A DNA stretch of 64,000 bases from Azolla caroliniana (GCA_043228905.1 JBHGNT010000010.1:18476001-18540000), one strand, 5' to 3'; positions 25,801 to 38,556 are shown, numbered from the stretch's first letter. Notes: generated by a model not told the origin, from the sequence alone. A program made the numbers and translations.

Positions 25801-28800
25801 TCAATTTGGAACTCATTTACTGGTCAGGCCTCCAAAGACCACAGAATAATTGGATTTCATCTAATTTCATTCTTAGTCCTAGAGCTAGAACTCTTAGATA
25901 TACCTGCACACTTTGTCAATTAATTTAGGGATCTAAAATGCTTTACAAGTTGTAAAGCAGTAACTAAGCACCACATTCTATATTTCTACAGGGAAATATA
26001 CATCTGCAGACATTTTGTAAATCTAATTTCTTAAATACAAAATCTATGAGTAAATCTACAAAAAGCTATTATCTCAAGCTATTTCATAAAGGGAAATTTT
26101 GGGGTATGTCCAGCTTTGTTGGAATATTCATCCACAGACATTATTTTGTAAATATAATTCCTTAAATACAAAAATCTATGACTAAATCTAGGAAAAGCTA
26201 TTATCTCAAGCTATTTCATAAAGGGAAATTTTGGGGTATGTCCAGCTTGTTGGAATATTCATCCACAGACATTATTTTGTAAATATAATTCCTTAAATAC
26301 AAAAATCTATGACAATCTAGGAAAAGCTATTATCTCAAGCTATTTCTAGCTTTCTGAAGGGAAATTTTGAGCTATGTCAGCTTTGTTGGAATATAGATCT
26401 GCAGACATGATTTTCGAAAATCTAATTTCTCAAATACAAAAATCTATGAGTAAATCTAGGAAATGTTATTATATCAAGTTAGCTCTTTAATAAACATCTA
26501 GATATATCTCTTAGAATTCAATACATATAGTACATTCAAAATTCATATAATGCATCCATGCTAGATTATTGACAGAATAAATATTGCATATATCATAGGT
26601 ATTGCAGGCCTATACTGTAGATAGTCTTATTTTTTTATAAATGCAACAACTGCAAAGAAAAGTAAGACAGAACCATAAGTCTAAACCTAGCATGTATTGC
26701 AAAAGAATATCTCATCAGAGAAATTCCACTTCCTTTCTTACACACACCGTGATGGTACGGATACAGAATATGTATATATATATATATTAACACCTCTAAA
26801 AAACCAAAATGGCTTTGTGACCCAAAAAAACATAACTGCTTACGTTATCAATCATCAGCTTATAGCCTTATATCAAGCTTAAATGAATCTACAAAAAGCA
26901 AGTTGGGATTAAATTTCAATATACAAAATCCTCAAAATGATATGAGACCTTCAGCCATTTGAGACGAAAATTTCGGCCATAATGAGCAGTTCCATGGGCA
27001 TATTTCCAACCTCCTCCACCAACTATAACACCAATCTTTGACATCATCCTTGCACAACCCTGCACAAGTAAACTCCATTAGAAGACAATGCAAAGTATCG
27101 TGACATTATCCTGCGAAGCATTAATTCAGACTTTACCTGAAAGTGTCCTGTCTCATTCACCGAGAAGATCAAAATAACATTATCACAGGAATCAAATGCC
27201 TCATTTAGCTTAGATTCATTGTTCCGATGCGTTGCCCACAACCCACGTGCAACAGAAAGTTCCAAATTTTCACGATTACTACTCTTGACTATAAAAAACC
27301 TGGTAAAAACACAATACTAAACATCAACTTCAACACTTATCACATAATCATGAAAATCATAAAGAACCTATCAACATCTTTTCGGAAAAGTATAATTAGG
27401 AAAGTTGGATCACTGGAAGTACATGGCAATGCCAAGAACAATTATTGCACTAGAAATGGAAAACAAGAAAACCATAAACAACGAGCACATGTCCAAAGTA
27501 TCTTTACCACCGTACCAATTAATAAATATATTTATATACACACATTCTGCATATAATATATTTATTTAAAATGTGATGTGCACACAGAACACATACATAT
27601 TCAAATTTGCAAATTACAAGTACGTTTACAAATCAATTATAAAATTAGAATAAATACGACAGGAAGACAGTTGCAAGTGGAAACAAGCATACAATGGAAA
27701 AGCAATGTTACTGAATTATAAATTAGCATGCAGATGATTGTATTTCAATTGCTAAATGATGAATAGTTATTTCCAAAGTACAGGGATTGAGCATACAAGG
27801 ATCACATCTCAAAATGCAATGCATTGAAACGTTTCTCATGAAGGTGACCAATCAAACATGAAAACTATAGAAATGTAGCCAGAAAATCTAAATCTAGAGG
27901 AATTAAACCTTTGGCACCATCAGCATGATCTACTATGGAAGGTTAATCTTCAAAAATTGTAAGGTTTATGAGTTGCAAGTCAAAACCAAGCTGTAGCCTA
28001 CCAGGTATATTGAAGTTGTTAATGCATCAAAGGCCCATGACAACAATAGGTTCCCATTTTATGTTGATTCAGTTTGCAATATAACTGTTGCCAATGAGCT
28101 AGTGGCATAAAACTATTTTGATTGTCATACAAGCCAGAAGTGTACATAAGGGCCGATGAGCAAAAGGAGAAAATCATTGAGATTATTCTTTACCCAAAAA
28201 AGTTGCTATTGTAACAGATCACAATAGCAATCCCAACATCCTTTCATCCCAGATCTCATCTGTGTAAGCTACTACAATATTAGCCAGCACATCCTTCCTG
28301 TCAAACTAAGGAAAGGTAAGATCTTATACAAATGATGATATGTACGTGTAGCTATATAATTAAATCATAAATAAGCTATCATAAACTATTTAGTCTTATA
28401 TAATATCCAAAGCATCTCATCTAAGCACAAGAAACAAGGCTCAGAAAAAAACTCTTTTAGGAAAGGGGAGGAGGATGACACCCTTCATATGAATCTACAT
28501 GCCTGAAGCAAAAGGATATCAAATTCCCCAAAAATCCTGATAAGGAGAAATCAACTACTAATTGATTTCTCTTCCTTATATGGTGTTAAGATGGCAAGGG
28601 AAAATACTTCCATATACAATATAGGTAAGACTATTTACATAATCAATCTCCCCTTTGCAATGACAGGTTGTTTATGCAGCGGAAAACATATGACAGGCAA
28701 CGAAGAAATGAACCAGCTTTCCATGATGCATTCATAAAACCATGAACAGAAAATGCCACTATGTGCTAATTCACTGTCACAAAATATAAATACATCAGCT

Positions 28801-31800
28801 GTTATGAATCATGCAGCAATACCAAAATTCAGAACACAACTCCAGAATAATAATAATTATAAAGAGAGTAAAGATTACCAGAGTGAAAAGCTTTCAACTA
28901 TAACCAAGTAATACTGATTGACAAGACATATGAAATGAACAATCAACTCTAGAATCTAACATCATGAATGCATTTTGTTAGTCTTATGGTTTTACTTGCA
29001 AAAATAGAAATGTAATTACCATAAAATTGTAATCAAGATAGAAACTCTCTTTAAGAAGGAAATAATCCACAGACTGTATAAACCTTTGCAAATATGTGAC
29101 TCTGCGTATATATCAATGTAAGATCAAATGATATATGTTTACATACCATTATTTAAGTCGTGCATCTTTATCTATTGCACATTAATTGAGCCTCTTCAAG
29201 TACGTAATTACAATCATAGGTCACATCTTTATTTAATTTACAATAACTGAGTCATCAACATCTCAAAACTCAGCTCTGCACTAAAAAACAATAGGTTTCC
29301 ACGTAATAACACATGTCCAACAAATTCACCTTGAAAACCCCTGAGGAAGGGGTGAAGATGCAGAGACCACCTGGACCTGGCTTGAAGGTACATTGGCGGC
29401 AATTGGTTGCCATACTTGATTTTGCCCTGTTTCTAATTGTTGTTCCATCCTTTGAGTCGATGAAGGAAGAGGTGCAGGTGGAGGTGGTGGGAGTTGAGCC
29501 TCTTGATGTGGATGTTGTAGTTCTTGAGGTGGTATAGGCGGTAATGGAGGCAAATTTTGTACATCTTCTCCACTTGCGAGTGGTTGAGAAGAAGGCAGAG
29601 CTAAAGTTCCATCTTGGCCAGTGAAACCTTGTCTTTGGGAGATATGTCTTCCCCCATATTGTCGGGCACCAGAAGCTGAGTTTCGAACTTGAATTTTCTG
29701 TAAGCTCTCCTCTAATGGTGGAAAAGGGCCCGGAAGTTTGATGTGGCGATATCGGCACTCACCTCCATTTGGACAGAATCCCATCTTGTACCTGCAAAAC
29801 AAAGACCCCAAGATTGATTGCCAGAAAATGTTTATATTGCCCAATTTATTTATAAAAAAACATCTACCACCTTTATTAGATCACCATAAAGCAAAAGGGA
29901 TTCAGCTTATAATAATTTACCTTTATTGCATGCCATATGACAATAATATAGTGTCTCTATCTCTTTTAAAGACCTTTGCTATATTTAAATGATTGGCATA
30001 TGGATTTTGCAAAAGGGGAGCAAAAACTGAACCGAGATTCTCAAAACTGGTGTTTACACATATCACAAAGTCTACAGGCAAAGTATCATGACAACATGCT
30101 CAAACCCGTTCTAGTCATTTACCATGACTAGTAGCACTTAAACATTTGGATTTTACAAAAGGAGAGCAAAAACTGAACCCAGATTCTCAAAACTGGTGTT
30201 AACACATATCATAAAGTCTTCTAGGAAAAACAGAGATATCCCTAAATTATATATTAGCATATTAAAGCAATTCAGATTTTAAATCCAGACACATGAGCAA
30301 AAAATGAACCCATGATTCTTAAACCTTTTATGTTCGGTCACAGCCACTACTCTAAGCTGGGTACATATAAAGGCCCTTTCAATCATTTTTTTATCTAGAT
30401 TTCATCTATCATATTACCCTTCTTTTATATGCTGATTTGGGCCCCTTTCCCACAGCCTAACCCCAACACTTCTCACCTTGTCACAGTCTGCTCAAAGCCT
30501 TGTGCTCCTTTCTATTGGCTTATTACAGAGCTCATTCTCGCTTATGTGTGGCATGTCTTATATGGTATCAGAGCCTAGGCTCTCAATCTTAGATCTCTTC
30601 AAGAAGGGTTCATGTTTATCTCTAGATCTGTATTAATGCCTGTAAACTTTTTCATTCACAAAATCTCATTTCTCCTTTCCACAAACAGATTCTCTAGAGA
30701 CTTTGTCCTTTGGAACCACTTGAGGGAGGTGCGTACTAGAGTTAAAAACGAGACACCAAGCTACATTCAATACATTGGTCTCACCCACCCTGTTGTCAGA
30801 CAGAGATGTGGGACCAAGTCTCTGCAGTGTGGAAGATCTGAGAAAACTTGTAAGTCCATTAATTATAATGATTGCCCCATGTTAAAGAGCAAAAACATCA
30901 AAACCACATGAGATAGAGCTGAGTTAGGACCAAGTCTCTGCAGTGTGGAAGATCTGAGGAAATTTGTAAGTCCATTAATTACAATGATTGCCCCATGATA
31001 ATGAGCAAAAACATCAAAACCACATGAGATAGAGCTGAGTTAGGAGCAGCCACAATAGTCATAGACGTATTGTTTTAAGCTGAAACTGCATACATGGATT
31101 TGGAAATTACTCAGGCATCACTATCCACAGTTGTCTCTTGCCTCCAAGTAGTCCTTTACTTGAGTCTCTATCATTTACATATAGTTCTTGTACATAACTA
31201 CAACATGTATACTATGCCCTAGTCCTTGAGACCAAATTAAAAGCTTTCAACAGTCTGGAATTGGAAAACTCAATATGATCAAGTTCCACCCGGCAGGGAC
31301 CGGAGCTTCATCTCCATGGATAGATGGAGATGAATCTCTAGATAGATGGACAGCCGGCAAATGTGTGTCATGTTTAGTGGTCCCTTTTTTGCCTTTTAAT
31401 GGTATGTGAATACACTTGCATATTCACAATCGCATGCATTATAAGTATCGACGAAATCCCATGTAACAGTTGCCCATGAAATAAATTCATTGGGAATGCA
31501 TGGGAAACTATTAAATCATCTTGTTAAAGTTTCGGTGAGATAAGTTCAAATGAATTTCTTTGGTTCAAAGGGTTGCTTTATTGGTTTTAATATTGTGAGT
31601 TGCACATCATGCAAACAACATAGATGTGAATGCCTAATTAACAGCCTCTTTTTTTAAGTTCTACATACCAACATGTGATCCCTATGAGGACTTTATATTA
31701 TATGAACGTTTTCTTAACAATGTCAACATTAATGTTATTTGGAAACAATGCCGATTACCTTTACTTATTTATGTATTCAAGTTACTTCACAGGAATTCTG

Positions 31801-32901
31801 CTATGGAAGTAACATGAATCAAATTCTTAGTGCATGGAATTCTATGGGAGTTCTCAAAGATCAGGGGAATTATAATAACATCACTGTTTGCCTTTTATGG
31901 TTTATTTATCCCCACCCTAAGTTTGCTTTCCAGTCAGCATTCTTGGCTCTATCTACTTTAAGCCTCAATTGCAATGCCACAAAATGTATTTACCTTGGTT
32001 TTTTGCAATTCGATATCATGAAGAAGGAACCGGAAATCCACAGTTATGTTCCTGTCAAGCATAGTGCCAGGCTACTTGTTTCACAACATTGTTACTCATT
32101 TTCTTCTCTCGTTTCACCAATCTAGTTTTTCTCTTTCACGTGCTCATCTGAGCTTGTTTCCTCCGACCCCTCATAAGACTTCTCACCTTCTACAAGTTTC
32201 CCATAGGCAAGTGCCCTTTTGGCTTGGTTTATTATAAGGCTTATTCACGTTTTAGATGTGATATGTCTCATTTCTTGCACGCATCCAAATTGGCCACATA
32301 CATATTCACACGCTGCTTACATAATATACAAATTTAAGACTCAGAACTTACACAACATTTTAGTCTCTTAGTCAATTACATAGAACACTCCTTTGTTTTT
32401 TTAAACATACTCACGAAACCTTCCAGCACATTTCTGAATTAACAACATACATGGTAACACTCTTAAGACATCCTCAATAAGTAAGTGAACTTACATATTA
32501 CACTCCTTTATGTCCTCGTAGGTATGCTTGTAGACACAATCAGGTTCATGGCATTCACCATGTCTTGTAAAAAATCGACAAACAGGCATTCTACTCCGAT
32601 CGAGCTGATGTAAAAAGCCACAGACATCTCCTTTCATACAGAGGCCTCTAAGCCAATGTCGACAAACGGTTTGCCGATAGTTTCTTCGGCCTGATTGAAG
32701 TGTTCCTCCACTTCCAGGGGTGGGTCCAGGGCCGTTTGAGGAGGTGCCCAATCCAGCAGCAGCAACTGTGGACACAATTGCTGAGGCAGATATACTTCCA
32801 CCTCCCATATTGCCACCGGACATAGTGCCTCCAGGCAATACCACATTGTTATCTATGGCTCCCTCGAAATCAAAGCTAAACCCACCCTCTCCATCCTCCA
32901 T
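22851..32901 (-). CDS. CPSF30: Cleavage and polyadenylation specificity factor 30, long form (3 CCCH zinc fingers plus YTH m6A-reader domain), 7 exons, ~737 aa. Exons 32901-32495, 29791-29330, 27299-27137, 27059-26949, 25292-25224, 23984-23898, 23765-22851
   Basis: Starts MEDGEGGFSFDFEG. Fingers RQTVCRHWLRGLCMKGDVCGFLH, CRFFTRHGECHEPDCVYKH and CNM|YKMGFCPNGGECRYRH. YTH region FFIVKSSNRENLELSVARGLWATH...FQ|GCARMMS...WKYAHGTAHYGRNFRLKWLK|LCELSFNKTRHLRNPY...|ISRDCQELEPSVGEQLASLLY. C-terminus SEDEAPRRSRHGKRRRE. GT-AG junctions in phase; 2214 nt. Confidence 0.96.
25612..25937. repeat. Two-copy ~175-bp tandem duplication in CPSF30 intron 4
   Basis: TTCAATTTGGAACTCATTTACTGGTCAGG...CTAGAGCTAGAACTCTTAGATATAC occurs twice (~25626 and ~25800). 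Confidence 0.8.
25992..26480. repeat. ~130-bp minisatellite, about 3.7 copies, in CPSF30 intron 4
   Basis: The unit CAGACAT...AAATACAAAAATCTATGA...GCTATTATCTCAAGCTATTTC...GGGAAATTTTG recurs at 26007, 26135, 26266 and 26402. Confidence 0.9.
30001..30219. repeat. ~72-bp dispersed direct repeat in CPSF30 intron 1
   Basis: TGGATTTT(G/A)CAAAAGG...GAGCAAAAACTGAACC...CTCAAAACTGGTGTT...CACATATCA...AAAGTCT at 30001 and ~30147, with a partial third copy at ~30295. Confidence 0.8.
30330..30731 (+). mobile_element. Possible TRIM/LTR remnant (tRNA-Met PBS and PPT-like tract) in CPSF30 intron 1
   Basis: TGGTATCAGAGCC at 30563-30575 and TGAGGGAGG at ~30721. No recognisable second LTR. Confidence 0.35.
30811..31042. 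repeat. 116-bp tandem duplication in CPSF30 intron 1
   Basis: GGACCAAGTCTCTGCAGTGTGG...GAGATAGAGCTGAGTTA at 30811 and 30927, with GGA microhomology at the junction. Confidence 0.92.
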
Positions 32902-33165
32902 TTTTACTTGATCTGTTTTAGGGTAGAGAAATAAAAAACTAGGGCTTTGGTTAGAGAAGATGTTATTTGTACAGTATCACCCCTTGAAGTCAAAGCTTTT
33001 GACCCCAACTTCTCTATCCTCCATCCTTCTTCTTTTTCTTGCGTTTCCAGGGTGGAAAAAGAATTACGCTTTTTTACTGGAGATTTTATTTAAACCTTCT
33101 TTATCTAAGTTTAAGCCCGGTACTTCATCCACCATATATTTGCTTTCTGATTTGTGAAAAACAAA

Positions 33166-33640
33166 TTAGGGTTTGGTTTTAAGGAATACTATTCACGCAA
33201 TATCACACGTCCGTCGGCTGTTTTCTGCCTTTCGAAAACGGAAACAGAATTAGGGTTTGCCTTTAAAGGAGATTTTAATCGCACTCGATGTCAAAGTGTT
33301 CCAGCCCACCTCCATCTTCCATTGTGAGAGGGGGGCGAAAAGGAGAAGAAAAAGAAGAAAAGTTAGCGTTTGGTTAAGAGCCGCTTTTCTTTGCGCAGTA
33401 GTAACCTGCCCATCATGGATAGAGAGTTTTACTTGTCTCTGTGAAGTGCGCTCTCTGTCTCTCTCTCACTCTGCCCTGTTCTTTGTTAAGTTAGGGATAG
33501 GGTCAGGGTCAGGGTCAGGGTCAGGGTCAGGGTTAGGGTTAGGATTAGGGTTAGCGTTAGGGTTAGGGTTGGGGTTAGGGTTAGGGTTAGGGTTGGAAGT
33601 GATGTAGGCCTGTTCTTCACGGTGTGAGAGGAAACCCTAA
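33166..33640. promoter_or_regulatory. Telo-box motifs (AAACCCTAA/TTAGGGTTT) in the CPSF30 upstream region
   Basis: TTAGGGTTT at 33166 and 33250, AAACCCTAA at 33632. Telo-boxes are known cis-elements of plant housekeeping and RNA-processing genes; function here is inferred. Confidence 0.5.
33491..33592. repeat. Interstitial telomere-like hexamer array, 17 units (TTAGGG/TCAGGG and single variants)
   Basis: In order: TTAGGG, ATAGGG, (TCAGGG)5, then TTAGGG units interspersed with TTAGGA, TTAGCG and TTGGGG. Confidence 0.95.
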
Positions 33641-33754
33641 GCAGTGGAAAAAACTCTGCTCTAGACTCTAGTATGCTCTGCTCTGTCTCTCTGAGTCTTG
33701 GTAACTAAGTTCGAAAATGAATATCATGTCAAAGTTAAAAAAGCTTCTACTCGC

Positions 33755-33980
33755 TTATTTATTTATCTATCTATTTATTTATTTATTTATCTATTTATTT
33801 ATTTACTTATTTATTTATTTATTAATCTATCTATTTATTTATTTATCTATTTACTTATTTATTTACTTTTATTTTGTTTATTTATTTATTTGTTCATCTA
33901 TCTGTTTTATTTATTTACCTATTTACTTATTTATTTAGTAATTCACTTGTTCAACTATCGATTCATTTATTTATTAGCTG
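33755..33980. repeat. Degenerate (TTTA/TCTA)n tetranucleotide microsatellite
   Basis: Long ATTT/ATCT run, which gives the spurious IYLF-repeat ORFs. Confidence 0.92.
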
Positions 33981-34303
33981 GATTAAATAATCTATTTAGT
34001 TTTTTCTTTTTCTGTTTTTTTTCTTTTTTGTCCCTTGAATTTCTCGTTATTTTTTCCACTCCAATTTTTGTCCCAGATGCCCCCCCCCTCCAACTCCTCC
34101 TCAAGCAGTTGTGTTCTTGGACTTTGTTGTATTTGTTAACAATTATGATATGATACCCTCATTGTCATATATGATATATGTCCAACTCAAACATCTACCA
34201 TTGGCAATTAGAGAAGGTTGAAAAGGCTATTTATGATGGTGTTCAAGATCTAACTCCTGTATATGAACACATTTGTGTGAATGGCTCTGGATATGTACTA
34301 CGT

Positions 34304-36989
34304 TGTCGTGGAGAAAACCGGCCTTAGGCGGAATCAGCGTAAAAGGTGCATGAACCGGCCCTTACGCGTGGGCACAAGGATTGATAAGTTGTACATAACT
34401 AGGAATAGGTCGGCTGATGTAAATATACTAGGTAGTACACATTTATTAGCTAGGAAATTGATGCGTATCTTTGTCCGAAGGGACAGAGAATAAAGATGAT
34501 GTATTCAGGATGTGACAGACCTCCCAGGCAGCCTATAAAGGGGAGGGAAGAAGGCTGAAATTGGTATCGTGTTTTGGTGAGGACGGAGTGTTGTCGGACT
34601 AGGAATCGAGCTTTCTCCTCCTTTATCGTTGTTCTCTACAGGTTTCTTGGACGGTTGCCTCTGCTTCGAGGAAAGCCCGAGTGCTTCTGGCAGGGGCTCC
34701 ACTGTGTGTGCGAGTGTGTGAGTGTTTGTGTTGAGTCTGTTGCTGGCTCGCCGGTTGTAATCTTTATTGTTGGAATCAATTATCCTATTTGTTGTCTCTT
34801 TGTGTTTCCCTTTCATTGTTTGGTGGGTGCACATCTCTGTTCGTTCTGTACACACGGTCATGATTCATTAGGCCGGTAAGCGTCGCTTGCCAGAAGCAGG
34901 CATTCGCTGGCTCAACACTTGTGCTCTCTCCCCTTTTGGTCTCTTGCACTCCTCAGTCCAAGGACCCCCCCGGTCTTGCCTTAATTTCTCACGCGTAAGC
35001 AAAACAACACGACATCAATTTGGTAAACCCGACGTGAAACAAGGCGGCAGAGGAGTCGAAGATGAGGGGATCTGAGCTTGCCGAAGCCATGGCGGCAGCC
35101 ATTGATCAGATAATGAATGCTCGCGAGGGCACGGGCACCCTCGATAGGGCCATAGAAGCGATTGTCGGCACAATAGGCCGGTTCGGTGGGAAGAATGCCA
35201 CGAGCTATTTGGAGGCCTACCGAGCCAAGATGGTGATGAGGCACATTTAAGAGGATAGGCGACTGGCTGGATTTCCCCGGGGGCGACATTGGGCATCCAC
35301 GCAGAGGTGCTCGAGGTACAGGCTGGATGCCGAACTTGGGGAGAGTTTGAAGGGCGGCTCCTCGAAAGGTACGGGCTCCACAACTCGCTTCGACTGTCGA
35401 AGCGGCATTTCATGGAGTGGGTGGAGACTCCCAAAAAGGGGAGGAACACGTCGGTGCTCCTCCGAGAATTTGAGGAACGCTTTGCCCAGCTCTCGGCACC
35501 GGACAGGACCGTGCTTGACACGAGTTGTGTCCTGTTGTTCGTCAAAGCGGTGGACGTGCGGGATTGGGAGCAAGTGGGTCTCTTGCTAGAGACAAATGAC
35601 GAGCTAACGGCCGATTGGGCCGTGGTAAAAAGAGTCTGCAGCCGTTTCGACAAACCGCGTGAATGGGGCGACGAGGGTTTGTCGGTGGCATGGCAAGGAA
35701 GTTCGAGGACCCTTTGCCGACACGAACGGAGGAAGCCTGGGATTGGCTTGAGACGGGCTCGACCTCGAGTGGCGTGGTCAAGGGCCCGTCCGGAGGAGCG
35801 ACTCTTGAGGAGCTGACAAAGATGGTGCGCAACCTTTAGATCACGCAGGCTCGGAGAGACAACAGGGGGCAGCCACACGACTGGGGGGCCTCCGGCTGGA
35901 CAACGGTGCATGTGGTGTGACGCGATCGGCCACATCCAGAAGGAGTGCGCGGATTTTGTAGAAGCACTCAGGACTAATGTTGTGTACATGTGGAACGAGC
36001 GGTTGCACGCTAGCGAGACCTGGAAAGCCCTGGAGTTGAATACCGAGCACGATGGAATGAAGCAGTTGATGGAAGAAGCCGCGATGCGACACGTTGAAGC
36101 CATTCATTACTCAGCGTTGGCCAAAATCCGGGTAGGGAGTGACGACGATAGCAAGGGGACGAAGGACTCTGGATTATGGCCATCGGTGCTACGAGGCCTC
36201 TCCGGAGTAAGACTGAGGAAGGAGGAAGCGGACTGCGCAGAGAAGCGGATCCGAGAGGTTACCGGATGGGATGACCCAATCGAGGAGAAGACCAATTTCG
36301 TAGAAGCCGCGTGCCAGAACTACGAGGTGCTAGTGGAGGACAAGAGAGTGAGGAAGGCTGGGGGAGCTGGACCTTTGAAACGGTACGAGACGCGGAGCGA
36401 ACCAGGGAAGAACGACTCCGGTAGTTCTGAACCGCAAGATCGGGTGAAGCAAGCCGGTTACCGGCTGGGCATCGAGATAGAGAGGACAATGGACTTGCGA
36501 AAGGTCCTTGAAGAACGAATCCTCGACATCAAGGTGGAGTTGTCGCTGAGGGAGGTGCTTGGGATCGCCAAGAAGGAGTTGCATGATTCCATCGTGAACT
36601 TGGTGAAGCAGAAACGACTCTCGACGGAGCCGGAACTGAAGAAGCCTGTGGAGGTGCAAACGACGCACCTGGAGGACGTGGCCAGGAGCCGGTAGTGGCA
36701 CTGATCGACCACGGTTCGGAGATCAACCTGATGTCCATGGACTTCTACAAGAAGGGGAAGTGGCCAATCAACACTAAGCACGGCTAGAAAATATGTGTGG
36801 CGACACGCGTTACGGAGGAGTTGCACGGGCATACCCGAATGTACGCGTTAAGATCGACGACATCGAGATTGATCAACACTTCTTTGTGCAGGAGACGTCC
36901 TCACACTCGGTGATACTCGGCGAACCGTACATTACAGCGGCACGCATGGAGACCAAGGTACTGGATAATGGTTCGGCGTACGCGTGTGT
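34304..36989 (+). mobile_element. Gypsy element A: 5' LTR 34304-35014, tRNA-Trp PBS, degenerate gag (CCHC) and protease, interrupted by element B
   Basis: LTR TGTCGTG...CACGACA and PBS TGGTAAACCCGACGTGA (35021). Gag GRFGGKNATSYLEAY, knuckle CMWCDAIGHIQKEC, protease ALIDHGSEINLM. Contains stops and frameshifts. Confidence 0.88.
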
Positions 36990-38556
36990 TGTCTTGGAGA
37001 AAACCGTCCCTAGGAGGAATTGGTGAATAGTATGTGTGAATCGGCCCTTACACAAGGGCACATGTTTTGATGTATTGTACATAGTTAGGTACAGGTCGGC
37101 GATGTGAATATCCTAGGTAGCGTGTATGCATTAGGTAGGGAATCGAGGAGTATCTCTATTCAAAAGGACAGAGAATTGAAGTGATGGAACAGACTGTAAC
37201 GTCTCTCTCCTTGGGCTATAAAAGGAGAGGAAAGGGGACTGAGAGGGTATCACGTTGTAGAGGATGAAGTGTTGTCGGACTAGGACCAAGCTCTTCTCCT
37301 CTGTCTTTCATCGTTCTCTGCAGGTTTTGGGTTCTTTGTGTATTTGTGAGTTCGATCTTGATTGTGAGTTCTTTGTGTATTTGTGTGCACGACTCGGTCA
37401 TGGTTTCGTGTCGCTCCTCCCTCTATTCGGTTATTCCCCGGTTCAAGGCCCTCGTGGTCCCGCCTTGGTTTCTCTTGTGCATGCAGAATTACACAACATA
37501 TTTGGTGAACCCGACGTGAAACAAGGCGGCAAAGGAATTGAAGATGAGGGGATCAGAGGTCGCCGAAGCCATGGTGGCAGTAGTCGATCAGATAGTAAGT
37601 GCCCGCGAGGGCACGAGCACCCTCGACGGGGCCATTGAAGCAATTGTCGGCACAATAGGCCGGTTCGATGGGAAGGACGCCACAAGTTATTTGGTGGCCT
37701 ACCGAGCCGAAATGGTGTTGAGGGACATCCCGGAGGAAAGGCGTTTGGCTGGGTTCCCTCAGGTGGCGACACCGGGCATCCATGCAGAGGTGCTCGAGGT
37801 GCAAGCTGGATGCCAGACTTGGGGAGAATTCGAAGTGCAGCTCCTCGAACGGTACTAGCTTGATGATGCGCTTCGATTATCGAAGCTGGACTTCATGGAT
37901 TGGGTGGAAACCCCCAAAAAGGGGAGGAATGCGTCGACGCTTCTCCGGGAGTTTGAAGAACGCTTCGCGCGGCTCTTGACGCTGGACAGAACAGTGCTGG
38001 ACACGAGCTGCGTCTTGTTGTTTGTCAAATCTGTGGACGTGCGAGATTGGGAGCAAGTGGGTCTCCTGTTGGAGACGAATGATGGGCTGACGGCCGACTG
38101 AGCCGTGGTAAAAGGGGTCTACGGCCGTTTTGACAAACGGTGGGAGTGGGTCGACAAGGGTTCATCGGGGGTAGGAGTGGTTGCGGCAAGAAAGCTCGAG
38201 GGATCCCCGCCGGCGCAAAGGGAGGAAACCCGGGATTGTCTTGAGACAGGCTCGACTTCGACCAACGTGGTCAAGGGTCCGTTCGGAGGAGCGGCTTTGG
38301 AAGTGCTGACGTAGATGGTACGAGACCTCCAGATTGCACAGGCAAGGAGGGACGACGACGAGCAGCCTCGCGACCGAAGGCCTCCGAGTGGGCATCGGTG
38401 CTTGTTGTGTGACGCGGTCGGTCACATCCGGAAGAACTACATGGACTTCGCAGAAGAGATAAGGGCTAACGTGGTGTACTTGTGGAACGGGCGGGTGCAT
38501 GATAGAAAGACCCAAAGAGCCCTGGAGCTGAATATTGGACGAGGAGGAATAAAAAG

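Noticed and set aside
33491-33592. True telomere or chromosome-fusion scar
   Set aside because: Only 102 bp in a single orientation, with no head-to-head junction, embedded in promoter-like sequence.
33257-34153. GS/GL-repeat and IYLF-repeat ORFs
   Set aside because: Artefacts of the TTAGGG array and the (ATTT)n microsatellite.
35021-35038. tRNA genes at the tRNA-complementary motifs
   Set aside because: Only 10-18-nt primer-binding sites next to LTRs; no cloverleaf.
35015-36103. 362-aa antisense ORF and other long antisense ORFs over TE and CPSF30 coding regions
   Set aside because: Shadow ORFs opposite GC-rich coding sequence, with no motifs, and not kept as one ORF in sister element B.
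34304-37498. LTRs at 34304 and 36990 as the paired ends of one small element
   Set aside because: They are divergent and differ in length, both are followed by a PBS and gag, the second has no PPT before it, and there is no TSD.
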